From positions 1,792,001 through 1,856,000 of the forward strand of contig CBDDDZ010000005.1 of assembly GCA_965226795.1 (NCBI GenBank): a DNA stretch of 64,000 bases, read 5' to 3'. The stretch's first letter is position 1. Each line of letters begins with the position of its first letter. Below the pieces are notes generated by a model, which made no database searches, was not told the origin of the DNA, and saw only the letters and a list, made by a program, of their open reading frames with translations. This stretch comes from Candidatus Latescibacterota bacterium. GTDB lineage: Bacteria > Latescibacterota > UBA2968 > GCA-2709665. The position numbers and the translations under genes are program-made. Below are positions 39,712 through 49,739 of this stretch, one piece after another.

Positions 39712-40368
39712 TCAAAAATCATCCACTGCCGCAGCAGATGTGTCTTCCTCCACGCGATCCGGGCATTCGCTCACGGGAATTTTGCAAAACCCGCATTCAC
39801 CATAACTTGGTACCTTTCTGGATGGTTCATTCGATGCCAGCCTGCGTATTAACTCTGAAAATCGCTCGACGAATTTACCATCAACAGCTGATGACGGGAC
39901 AGGAACCTCCTGCTCTCCATAAACAACCCGCCCCTCAAAAACAACATCTCTGTATTTCTCAGGAAACGCTTTGGGAATTGCATACATATAAAGCATTACC
40001 TGAACGTGATCTGATGTCCTTGGTTGACCCGTTTTGATATCTACGATTATGCCGCGATTTCCCTTCTTTGCAATTAAATCAGGCTTTCCCCCAACCGTCG
40101 CTGTCGTTCCTTTAAGGTGGAAGTAATTTTGAGTCTCGGTTGACACATCAAAGCCTTTATCTTCCAGCTTCTGTCGATATGTATCGGTGGCTGCTGTATG
40201 ATTGAGTTGCCACGCGGTAGAATCGAAATCACCTGGCAAAGCAGTCCAGCTTTTCCTGTCATGTTGGGCTTGAAACCAGCTGGCCCATTCACATGACGCT
40301 TCCCCAGTAAGCAACTTCGTCAACCACGTCACCCAAACATACGGAAGACCAGATCTTTTTTCCGACAT
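39712..40368 (-). CDS. PD-(D/E)XK nuclease, Cas4/AddB-like with predicted Fe-S cysteines
   Basis: GKPDLI..VDIKTG..QVMLY; N-terminal Cys (SCEW) plus C-terminal CGFC-x6-C. Confidence 0.8.
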   Translation of the reverse strand: MSEKRSGLPYVWVTWLTKLLTGEASCEWASWFQAQHDRKSWTALPGDFDSTAWQLNHTAATDTYRQKLEDKGFDVSTETQNYFHLKGTTATVGGKPDLIAKKGNRGIIVDIKTGQPRTSDHVQVMLYMYAIPKAFPEKYRDVVFEGRVVYGEQEVPVPSSAVDGKFVERFSELIRRLASNEPSRKVPSYGECGFCKIPVSECPDRVEEDTSAAAVDDF

Positions 40369-40405
40369 CTCCGCCTCACTCTCGAGACCCTTTACCCCTA
40401 GGTAC

Positions 40406-42509
40406 CTATTTTAATGAGACAATTTCCAGTTGACGAGTTTGTGCTCCCAAGTCATCCAGAAATTCGGAAGCAGTCTTGACGCCGGAAACCATCAGGTGGT
40501 CACGGGCACGGGTGCACGCAACATACAGCAGGTGTCGCTCCGTGTTGTAAACCTCCTCAAGGTCCGCGTCATCCGCGACGGTTTCAATGCGCTCCTGTCG
40601 TGGAATGGCTTCGTCGTCGCACGCCATGACGGCAACAGCCCGAAACTCCAGTCCCTTGGCAAGATGCATGGTGGCTACCGACACCCTTCCAGTATTGGTC
40701 TCACTCCGTTCATCCAAAATCTGGAATGGAAATCCCGATCTCTGTACGGGCCTCGCGCGCTCGGTCCAGTTCCGTCGCTGATCGAACAAATATCCCCATC
40801 TCACCAGCATCGACATCCGTGTCGCCGTACGCTTTCAACCAATCGCCGACTGCCTCACTCTCCTGCTGCGCCGTATCGAACAAGCGTATTTCCGGAGGAT
40901 CGCCGTTGAACGCCGAAACCGTCCCCCGGCGATTCTCGACGTTGCCATCCACATCGGCAACTTCGTTGCCCAGCAGACGGTCCGCTCGCACTCTGATTTG
41001 ATGGGACGTTCGATAGTTGAGTGTGAGTGTCTCAGATCTCCCCCGGATATCCACGCCCGCCGCCTTCCAGGAAAACGGCGCCTGGAAAATCCGTTGTCCC
41101 AGATCACCCGAAAAGAATAGGCCGTTCAGCCTTTCGCCGCCCATAGCGGCCAGAAAACGAAGTTGGGCGACGCCAATTTCCTGAGCCTCATCCACGACTA
41201 TAAACCCATACGGTGGATGGCGACGTTCTTTGAGCCTTTCCGTGAGTATACTGCACATACCTGATCGCGTAATCAGGTTCCGTTCCGTCAATTTGACCTT
41301 GACCCGTTCGAATATATTCCACAGGCTCGAACGCTGCTCAAGAGGCAGGCGCGGCTTGCGGCCGAGTCGTCTTACGTCGCGATAGGCCTCCCAGCCTTCC
41401 AATTGCCACGCGTCAACGACATTCTCCCATTCGCTCACCAGAAAGTTGGGGGAAAACCGACGTGTTTCCTCCTCTTTGGCGCCTTCAGCCAGTAGCTCGC
41501 GAACCATCTCCCCAGACGCAATTCTCGGGACACCGACCTGCACCTTATAGACACGTTCGCATACTTGATCAATTGTGTTGACCTCCAGCCGTTCCATAAG
41601 CCGCGGTTCGTTGCGAATCAGCCGCCTGACTCCGGAACGAAGAAAGTCGGCCAGGGTGTCGGAGAAGGTGGTGAGCAGAACCCGTGCGTCCGGATTGGTG
41701 CGCGCGAGAAATACAGCCCGGTGAATTGCGACAACAGTTTTGCCAGTACCTGCCGTTCCGGATACGCGAAAAGGTCCGTTGTAGTCCCGCTCAACAATCT
41801 TCCGTTGCGTCGGGTGCAGAAAAATCGCCCATTTCGCCAGCGGAAAGTCGAGCGCAAGTTCGAGTTCGTCTTCGTTCGACACCAGCTTGAATCGCCGCTC
41901 CGCGTCTGGGTGCTCAAACGGATCGCCGGAAACAACAGGCGCCACCGGCTTCGGTGTTTCACCGACGGCGATCTGCAGCAACGCCTCCGCTGCTTCATCG
42001 GGTAGATGTTCTGCCAACTCCAAGAGGCTGTCTTCGTTAGCGTTACGAACGTCTTCCAGCCATTCATTCGGGACTCCGTAGCCCAAGAGATCCTCTTCCG
42101 CGACCTCCGCGAAGAGAAGCGGCTTGACCGGCGCCTTCTGCTCCGCTTCCACATAAACGGGCACGACGATTTCCTGAACTGTCTCCCTCACTTCGACCAA
42201 TTGCGCCGCTCCGGTCCTGGGATGGACTTCCAGTTTACGTTTTTCAGCCCATCTGTAGGCTTTGTCATGGTGGTCTACGTAGCACAACATCAGACTCTTC
42301 CGCGTCCGATGCACAACTATACGGATATCGCGATTGACACGAAAAGACCAGAAATTCGGGTCCTTCGCTCTATCAACCTTGTGGAATTTCAATCCGGGCC
42401 GAGCCGGGTCCATCTGCAAATCAAAGGCCGTGGTTTTCACGGCCTTTTGTTCGCTACCCGTCAGCCTGGCAAGGCTGTCTGTAAACGTGTCGGCTATCCG
42501 AAAGTCCAT
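40406..42509 (-). pseudogene. RelE/ParE-like domain fused to UvrD-type SF1 helicase, frameshifted near 40749
   Basis: N-terminal FWSFRVNRDIRIVVH..YVDHHDKAY, Walker A GTAGTGKT, VDEAQE, GDLGQRIF, NYRTS. The C-terminal motifs TMHLAKGLEF and LLYVACTRAR are in another frame; removing one C from GCCCGTA restores the join. Confidence 0.82.
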
Positions 42510-42659
42510 CTTGGCGTCCAAGGGATTCGCAACCACAGGGAATTCGTGTTCTCGGTGCTGCTCGGCGGATCATCGGTAGTGGGCGACCGTGAGATTTTCA
42601 GTGGAAGTGTCACGTGTTGTCTGATGTTCAATACGCAAAGGCGTCAAACCCAATTTATC

Positions 42660-44365
42660 TTATAGATTGACCCGCCAAATACCCGTCGCCTGTTTCGCCA
42701 TCCAAGCTTGGCGCGTACGAATTTTCTCTACGGTCCAAGCGTCGTAGTCTTCTGCCAGCTTGCGGGTGATGGCGAAGTTACTCTTATGATAGACCGGTCG
42801 TTTTTCGTCGAATCCCGCGTTTCCCAAATTGCGATTGTCAGCGGTCGCCATCAGGGTCACGTTTCCAAGACGGTAGGTGGACGCCTCTCGCTGCCGGTCG
42901 TCAAACTGCTCCCAGCCATCGTCGGGATTCTCCGGCAGCACATGTTCGATGCCGTATCTCGCGCTCTCATATTCAAAGCGTTGTCCCGACAACTGCGCTT
43001 CCAGCCGGAACAGCATAAAGCGCACAACCTTATTGTTACGACTACTGGTCGTTCGCAGCGACTTGTCAGCAAACGCTGCCCTGAATTCCGGATCATCGGG
43101 ATAGACAGGCCGAAGTTCCGAAATGACAACACCGCTACGGCCGTGCTGTTAACACGGCCTACGGAGATTCCCCGGGCAATCTGGTTGTAGACGACCTCCT
43201 GCTCGTTGCTTTGGCGGCTACAAATCACGTTGTATCGAAATGATACGACCGCTACCGCCTGTAGAAGTCGTCCAAAGCCGACACGGTCGTTTTCTGCGAA
43301 GCGCTCAAGTGCCGCCAATAGTAATGCCAACGGCTGACGCACGTTGAACATCTGTAACTGGGCCAGGCTGGCGCGTTCGTCTGGTGTCCAGGAGTCTTCC
43401 TCCGGGCTCCGCAAGGCCGCATACACCCGGGCACTCCTGTCGATGTCCCGGATCAATTCAAACGCTTTGGACCTATCGCAAATCGCGTTCCGAAAGACCT
43501 TGAACAAGTCCGCCTTTCGCACCAGCCTGTTGCGGCTGTTCCAGAACACCCGCAAGAACTCGGGAAAACTCTCACTGCCCAGCAACCCTACGATGCCCTC
43601 CCACCGATCTTCCAAGTTGCTAATCTCAGATTCGTGCGGATTTCCGCGTGAGACAACCGAAAACAAGTAATTCTTGAGCAAATCGGTAGCGGACAAGCGC
43701 ACGCCGCGAGCGTTCAGTGTTTCGAACACCTTAAAGGCATTTAATTCGTCAGTCACGGTAATGATCGTAAAGAACAGCTTATCTACAGCGACGTCAACAA
43801 AACGCGCTACGGATTCACCGTCATTGCCTGATCGTTCCTTGATATGCTCCTTGAACCAGATGAAAGCACGACGCACCAAATGTTCCGAGGCGTTTAAGCC
43901 CCGTTGCGGCAGACGCTCCAGGGGTACGAGGTAATTCTGGTAAAAGCGATCGTTATGCCGATTAAGCGTTAGCTTTGAGCGCGACACCAGGCTGACTGGG
44001 TCCAGGTAGCCGATGTAGTTGCTACGCAACTGCTCAGCGCGTCGATTTTGTGGGTCATTCGGATCACCCGGCGGCGCCAGGTCCACCAGATGCGCTACCG
44101 CCGCCAGCATCAACAAGCTAAGCGTGGTCATTCGCTGCTGTCCGTCGATAATGTCAAACGACCTGTTGTCCGACGATTGCAGTACCAAATAGCCCATGTA
44201 GTGAGCGGGTTCCGGGTCCTCGCCGAATAGCGCAACAATGTCCTGCCACAGGTCGTCCCATTCGTCGAGACCCCAGGAATAGTCCCGTTGGAACTTAGGG
44301 ACGCGATAACTCAACCCATTGCCCATTAATTGGCGAAATGTGTTGTTGGTCGTGTTAAAGTTCAT
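42660..44365 (-). pseudogene. GmrSD-type type IV restriction endonuclease (DUF262 + DUF1524 HNH), frameshifted near 43120-43150
   Basis: DUF262 VPKFQRDYSW, IIDGQQRMTT and FETLNARG. The HNH part IEHVLPE..RLGNVTL..N..LGN lies in a different frame (..VISELRPVYPDDPEF..). Confidence 0.82.
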
Positions 44366-44473
44366 TAACTATTCATCTCCAGGACTCGTCTCGTTTAATC
44401 AGCTAGCTGATCCTTCGAAACGGTATTTCACGCTCTCCTCTACACCTTCCAATATACACGAAACTCGGAAGGA

Positions 44474-44556
44474 GAATTGTCTCACGAATATAGGCACAGA
44501 GGGAGATGTTTACATTAGGTACCAGGGAAATGTCCCACTAATATAGGCACAGAGGG
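44474..44556 (+). repeat. Direct repeats: two 26-bp copies (24/26 identical) with a degenerate middle copy
   Basis: TGTCTCACGAATATAGGCACAGAGGG at 44478-44503 and TGTCCCACTAATATAGGCACAGAGGG at 44531-44556. Confidence 0.85.
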
Positions 44557-44629
44557 TTCGTCCGTGTACATCTTTCAAAGCAATGGCATCGAATTTATCA
44601 TGGGCTCGACGAGCAGAAGGTCAACTCGA

Positions 44630-45958
44630 ATGAAGTTTCGCCTCCCGACCGGAAGATGGCTCCGTGCGTTCGTGACTTTGATCCTGATCTTCGCACATCC
44701 GGGATGCGGCGCGGAATCACCCGTGGACGAGGCGCCGGACGAAAGGGATGATGTTCCGGGGGAACAGGTCACGTCGGAGAAGTCACGGATTACGTCGCTT
44801 TCCGCGTCAGACGTGAAGCTGGACGAACTGGTGCGGGGAAACAGCGCTTTCGCGTTCGACCTCTACAGCGCTTTGCGGGAGCAGGATGGAAATCTGTTCT
44901 ATTCGCCGCACAGCATCTCGTTGGCACTTTCAATGATGTACGCCGGCGCCAGGGACCGGACGGCAGGCCAGATAATGGAAGTACTTCAATGTCTCCTTCC
45001 ACCGGATCAATTGCACCCTGCATTCAACGTGCTGGATCTCGCGCTTGCCGCGCGCGGCAAGGGGAAAAGCAGCCAGGACAGCGTGAAATTCCGGTTGAAC
45101 ATCGCCAATGCTATCTGGGGACAAAGAGGATATCCATTCCTGCCGCAATTTCTGGACGCCTTGGCCGAGAACTACGGCGCCGAGATGAGGCCGCTGGATT
45201 TTGTCAACGCACCGGAAGCGTCACGCAAGGCGATCAATGACTGGGTCGCGGACCGAACCGAAGATAAGATCGAAGAACTGATTCCGCAGGGTCTCATCAA
45301 TACATTGACGAGGCTGGTCCTGGCCAACGCCATCTACTTTAACGCGGCCTGGCACCTGCCCTTCGACGAAAGAGAGACCTTCAATGACACCTTTTTTCTG
45401 TTGCGCGGGGAACGTGTCGAAGTACCGATGATGCGGCAATACGAGGATTTCAATTACACGTGGCACAGGCCGTCCAATGCCCAGGCCGTGGAGTTGCTTT
45501 ACCGGGATCGCGAGGTATCGATGATTGTCTTCCTTCCCGCGAAAGGGAAATTCGAACAATTCGAAACCTCGTTGACCGCGGATCTCGTCCGCGAGATTCA
45601 TAAATCCATGAGACCCCTTCGCCTGGAGCTTTCAATTCCGTCCTTCGGGATCAAATCTGAATTCAGGCTGGCCGACACCCTGGCCGGGATGGGGATGCCG
45701 GACGCATTCGACCCGGTATCAGCGGATTTTTCCGGAATGACAGGGAAGAAAGGCCTGTTCTGCTCCGCTGTTATTCACAAGGCTTTTGTAAAGGTAAATG
45801 AACGGGGCACGGAGGCGGCCGCCGCGACGGGCGCAGGGATGCAGCTAACGTCGGTTACGCCCGAATTTAAGGCCAATCGCCCATTTATCTTCCTCATCCG
45901 CGACATCGAGACGGACGCGATCCTCTTTATAGGGCGCGTAACGGATCCGAGGAAATAA
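44630..45958 (+). CDS. Serpin (serine protease inhibitor), probable lipoprotein
   Basis: NSAFAFDLY, NLFYSPHSI, INDWVADRTEDKI, LVLANAIYFNAAW, hinge ERGTEAAAAT and FKANRPFIFLIRD. Confidence 0.95.
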   Translation: MKFRLPTGRWLRAFVTLILIFAHPGCGAESPVDEAPDERDDVPGEQVTSEKSRITSLSASDVKLDELVRGNSAFAFDLYSALREQDGNLFYSPHSISLALSMMYAGARDRTAGQIMEVLQCLLPPDQLHPAFNVLDLALAARGKGKSSQDSVKFRLNIANAIWGQRGYPFLPQFLDALAENYGAEMRPLDFVNAPEASRKAINDWVADRTEDKIEELIPQGLINTLTRLVLANAIYFNAAWHLPFDERETFNDTFFLLRGERVEVPMMRQYEDFNYTWHRPSNAQAVELLYRDREVSMIVFLPAKGKFEQFETSLTADLVREIHKSMRPLRLELSIPSFGIKSEFRLADTLAGMGMPDAFDPVSADFSGMTGKKGLFCSAVIHKAFVKVNERGTEAAAATGAGMQLTSVTPEFKANRPFIFLIRDIETDAILFIGRVTDPRK

Positions 45959-46002
45959 CCCTTGCGGCGACCCGTACTCGAATCTGATAGGCCGCCGCTC
46001 AG

Positions 46003-46037
46003 AATCCGTACGCAGCAGGCGTGCGGATTTCTTTTTT
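46003..46037 (+). terminator. Intrinsic terminator after the serpin
   Basis: AATCCGTACGC/GCGTGCGGATT stem followed by TCTTTTTT. Confidence 0.7.
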
Positions 46038-46071
46038 CCAGGTTCGGGTCCGCGGACAAGCAGGTGACATC

Positions 46072-46449
46072 TCAGGCAGGATCGGATTCGCGTTGAAACA
46101 ACTGGAGGAGCACATCATTCGGGCCGTTGAAGAAGCTCAGCCGGATGTCGGTTCCCTCCGCGTCGAACGGCTCCGCGGCAATGTCCACGCCGGCAGCCTT
46201 GAGTTCGCTCGCGCTGCGGTCGACACTGCCAACCTTGAATGAGATGTGGTGAAAGCCCACGTCGGCCTGCATGGTCTTTTTCGGCATCAGTTCCAGAATG
46301 ATGTTTCCGGCCTTGAGGAAGACGAAGTCCTCGTCGTTCTCATTCTGGAAGCGCTCGACTTCGGTCAGGCCCAGCGTCTCTGTATAGAAGCGAACGGCCC
46401 CTTCAATATCGTCGCTGACGACGGCGATCTTGTGGATATTTTTGATCAT
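46072..46449 (-). CDS. VOC/glyoxalase family protein
   Basis: IAVVSDDIEGAVRFYTETLGL, LELM, HHISFKV and FFNGPND. Confidence 0.88.
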   Translation of the reverse strand: MIKNIHKIAVVSDDIEGAVRFYTETLGLTEVERFQNENDEDFVFLKAGNIILELMPKKTMQADVGFHHISFKVGSVDRSASELKAAGVDIAAEPFDAEGTDIRLSFFNGPNDVLLQLFQRESDPA

Positions 46450-46646
46450 GTTGTTCTCCCGCGGTTACACGGAGCCGCGTTCCGGTCCGGCCGGATTTGA
46501 TTCGATAGCCGCAGCGTAAGACAACTCGCTGTCAAGCGACGGCGTGATGCATTTCCGGGCAGGCCCAACGGCCGGGTCCAGCCATCCAGACCCGGGTCCT
46601 GGTCGCTATGCTACTTTTGAGGCCCTTTTTCCGCCGTCGATCTTAC

Positions 46647-47768
46647 TCAATACAATAATCCAAGTAGCCGCGGGGGAAGCGATTCCCGATGCGCGGGATG
46701 GCGGGGCGTCAAATCGAGGAGATCGACGCCATAGATCTCTTCGAATGCCGAGTGAATCCCTTTTTCGTGATCGGTCATACCCGCCAGGGGCAGCGCAACA
46801 GACATCCCGTCCTTGCCGGCCGATTCACGGATACCCATCAGCACCTCGATATCCTTTCTGGCGTTGCGTGCGCCATATTCGAGTGCTTTGCCGCGGACCA
46901 CGGCATCGTGCAGGCTGCACCAGGCCTCAGCGACGGCAATGCTATCTTCGTTGGGAAGCATATAGTGCTTGAGTCGGCTCTCCCAAAACACCTCCGGCTT
47001 TGTTCCCACGCTGGAACGATGCCACGTTTTGTCCGGCCCATCGCCCCGAGTTCCGGTGACGATCTCCAGTCTCTTATCCCCGCTATTCAGGTGCAGTTCC
47101 ATTCCCCGTATGGCCCCATCCGATCCCAGAATCTCCCAGTAGTTCTTCCTCAGTACATTGTGTTCGTACGTCCCCTGGAGCGTGGGCGACCACCTGATGA
47201 TTCCCCGCTCTCTCACATCCGGTGAGTCGGGGTACGTACCTGAAACCACCCGGGGCTCTGATCCGAGAATCGCCCTGATTGCGCTTATTCCGTGATATGA
47301 GCCCGATGTGTATGAGAGGTAGAATTCCCGGACCTCGCCGATGAGCCCCTCCTTTACAATCTTCTGTTTAAGCCTCTCACGAGGCCATCTTCGGGCGTTT
47401 TCGGAGACTTCCAGAAAAACGCCGTTTTCCTCCGCAGCTCGGATCATCATGTCGGCGCACGGCAATGTAAGGGCGATCGGCGTTTCGGTGAGGATGTGGA
47501 CCTTTCTTTCGGACAACAGGCGTGCGATACCGTGATGAATCTCGGGTTGCGCCGCGATAAGTCCGACATCCAGTGTCTCCGAATCCAGCATCTCATGCAG
47601 ATCCGTGTACGCGTTCGCAGCATTTTCATAGGCGACCGATCGCGCCCTCTCCGCGTCTATATCGCATACGCTTACCAATCTGTACCTGTCAGAGAGTATC
47701 GGCAAAACTGACAGGTGCGCGCTTGATCGCCCCCCCAGACCGACGACCGCTGCATTCAAGATCGCCAT
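46647..47768 (-). CDS. Gfo/Idh/MocA family oxidoreductase
   Basis: AVVGLGGRS..H, VCDID and HILTETPIA (a variant of the EKP motif). Confidence 0.85.
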   Translation of the reverse strand: MAILNAAVVGLGGRSSAHLSVLPILSDRYRLVSVCDIDAERARSVAYENAANAYTDLHEMLDSETLDVGLIAAQPEIHHGIARLLSERKVHILTETPIALTLPCADMMIRAAEENGVFLEVSENARRWPRERLKQKIVKEGLIGEVREFYLSYTSGSYHGISAIRAILGSEPRVVSGTYPDSPDVRERGIIRWSPTLQGTYEHNVLRKNYWEILGSDGAIRGMELHLNSGDKRLEIVTGTRGDGPDKTWHRSSVGTKPEVFWESRLKHYMLPNEDSIAVAEAWCSLHDAVVRGKALEYGARNARKDIEVLMGIRESAGKDGMSVALPLAGMTDHEKGIHSAFEEIYGVDLLDLTPRHPAHRESLPPRLLGLLY

Positions 47769-47891
47769 ACGCCCTGCACCTCCAATTGCATCATAGCCCG
47801 CGCGCCGTCACGATCCACCGCCACGGCGTACGTGAAAAAGGCACTCGAAGAGCGCCATTTGAAGTGTCCCCGACGTCGGCGTGTTGATGGG

Positions 47892-48539
47892 TTAACGATC
47901 TTTCGCAGCCGCCATACTCAAGATCTCCACAACTTCGGCCTTGTCCCGGTACTCGGCCAGCCAGAGCGCGGACTTTCCGTTTTTGGTAATGGCGTTGGCA
48001 TCCGCGCCCGCATCCAGCAGACGCGTCACCACCTTCTCGTGTCCCCCATAGGCTCCGTAGAACAGCGGCGTCCAACCCGACCGCGTAGAAGCATTGACGT
48101 CCGCTCCCGCAGCCAGCAGGACGTGGACCACGCCGGTCAGTCCCGCGTCGGCGGCGAACATCAGGGGTGTCCGATGATTCAGATCGCTGGCATCCACAAC
48201 CGCACCCACTTCCAAAAGCATCTCGGTGATTGTGGAGTCCTTCTTGAGCGCGGCCTCCATCAACGCCGTTCGGCTGTAGTGATCGTCGTTGACTTCCGCA
48301 CCTGCATCCAGCAAAAGCTGCAAAACTTCAGGAACACCCTTTTTCGCGGCCTCAATCAACGGGATCGTACCCGCCTTGCCCTCTTCGTTCGCGTCGGCCC
48401 CTTCGTCCAAAAGCGTCTTGACCCCCTCTTCATCTCCCTTTTTGACCATCGCGATCAGATCGGTGTCCTGGGCGGACTTGCATGCCGCAAATAAGAAAAG
48501 CGGTATGAGGACCAGAGGGTTCAGAATGCGACGTACCAT
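47892..48539 (-). CDS. Ankyrin-repeat lipoprotein
   Basis: Lipobox FAAC, then about five ankyrin repeats (PLIEAA, TALMEAA, TPLMFAA, TPLFYGA, SALWLA with LLDAGA.VN). Confidence 0.92.
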   Translation of the reverse strand: MVRRILNPLVLIPLFLFAACKSAQDTDLIAMVKKGDEEGVKTLLDEGADANEEGKAGTIPLIEAAKKGVPEVLQLLLDAGAEVNDDHYSRTALMEAALKKDSTITEMLLEVGAVVDASDLNHRTPLMFAADAGLTGVVHVLLAAGADVNASTRSGWTPLFYGAYGGHEKVVTRLLDAGADANAITKNGKSALWLAEYRDKAEVVEILSMAAAKDR

Positions 48540-48670
48540 ACGAACACCACGTATCGAGCCACGGACTGCGTGACGAATCCGTTTTGTAGAAAACCACTGG
48601 AACCACACGACCCCTGCTGAACAGTTCCGGGAAATTAACCGCAATCGTCCGCCCGGAGTCCGAACGGTCC

Positions 48671-49096
48671 TTATTGACCGGCCTTGGCAAAGATCATCGA
48701 AATCGTCTGTGCCTGCCCGCCTGCCTGCACCGAAATCAATATGGTTATCGCACTTCCTCCGTCCGCAACCTGGCCGGATTGTGTGCCGCCTCCGCTGTCC
48801 GCCGTGAGACTCAGATTCGCGCCGGATTTTTCGTACATGCCGGTCTGCGCGACCCGGATGACGTCGGCTGACCCGGCGGTAACGTAGGAGGCCACAACCG
48901 AATACTGGTTTTCCGTTAACGTCATTATCCCGGAAGCGTCAGGAGGTGATATCGCGGAGCCCCCTGAAGGAGTCAACCTCAAAAGATCGTAGGAACCAGC
49001 CAGCGTTTCGGACGCCGCGGGGTTATTGTCGTTGTCATCGCCGCCACAGGCCACACCGACGCAAATTGCCAGCAGACCCAACAGAATGGGTTTCAT
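48671..49096 (-). CDS. Lipoprotein, lipocalin-like beta fold
   Basis: Lipobox GVAC-GGDD, LAGSYDL motif, beta-rich sequence; AGAGGAGA RBS. Confidence 0.7.
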   Translation of the reverse strand: MKPILLGLLAICVGVACGGDDNDNNPAASETLAGSYDLLRLTPSGGSAISPPDASGIMTLTENQYSVVASYVTAGSADVIRVAQTGMYEKSGANLSLTADSGGGTQSGQVADGGSAITILISVQAGGQAQTISMIFAKAGQ

Positions 49097-49305
49097 TGAT
49101 CCGATCTCCTCTTGGTAATCCGACGCGAAGCCCGTGCGTATCGGCGTGCAAACGGGCCGCTTCGGCGTTCGATTTCAATATAAGTCCCGCGTGAAATCCC
49201 GGCAAGCGTTCTTTTCCAAGGCCGGAGGGTATCCCGCCCCCATTTCCCGCGGCGCCGCGGCCGGACAGGATGGTCTGATTCTAATTCCGGGAACCTGTTT
49301 TTCTA

Positions 49306-49334
49306 TTGACATTGAAAAATTTCTGAGTTATTGT
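49306..49334 (+). promoter_or_regulatory. Sigma70-type promoter for the HU/IHF gene
   Basis: TTGACA-17 nt-TATTGT. Confidence 0.65.
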
Positions 49335-49380
49335 TCTCCGGTTGCAATTGCCCAATCACGGCCTCGATCAAGGGAAACGT

Positions 49381-49692
49381 ATGGCAACGATCACGAAGGC
49401 TTCTCTGGCGCGGTATCTTTCGGACAACGTCGGCCACCCCAAAACCAAAGCCTTAGAAGCCGTCGACGTCCTGTTCGAAGCCATGACGTCTTCCATCTGC
49501 AAGGGCAAGCGGATTGAGATACGTGGTTTTGGCTCCTGGGAAGTCAAGGAAACAAAGGAAAAGACCCAGGCGCGTAATCCCAGCACCGGCGAAACGGTAT
49601 ACGTACCCGCCCGCCGCAAAGTCATGTTCAAACCCGGCAAGATTCTGAAGAAAGTCCTGTCCCAGTCGCTGGAATCCGGAACATCGCAATAG
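49381..49692 (+). CDS. HU/IHF family DNA-binding protein
   Basis: ITKA.L, RIEIRGFGSW, ARNPSTGETVYVPARRKVMFKPGK. Confidence 0.95.
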   Translation: MATITKASLARYLSDNVGHPKTKALEAVDVLFEAMTSSICKGKRIEIRGFGSWEVKETKEKTQARNPSTGETVYVPARRKVMFKPGKILKKVLSQSLESGTSQ

Positions 49693-49739
49693 AACTTAAT
49701 CCCGGAACGCCGAAACGCCGCGGACGATGGCGTTACAAG

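Larger units (their letters stand above)
39712..44556 (-). mobile_element. tRNA-adjacent defence islet remnant (no integrase)
   Basis: Three co-oriented nuclease/helicase genes directly after the tRNA 3' end, two of them frameshifted. The region is visibly AT-richer in parts and has direct repeats at the far end. Confidence 0.55.

Noticed and set aside
40740..40760. Programmed frameshift in the helicase
   Set aside because: There is no slippery heptamer or evident stimulator; a single-base insertion is simpler.
44474..44556. CRISPR array
   Set aside because: There are only two good copies, the intervening sequence is itself a degenerate copy, and there is no cas1/cas2 or leader. Kept only as a repeat.
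39600..46000. attR duplication of the tRNA 3' end, or an integrase
   Set aside because: No second copy of the tRNA end and no recombinase ORF were seen by eye.
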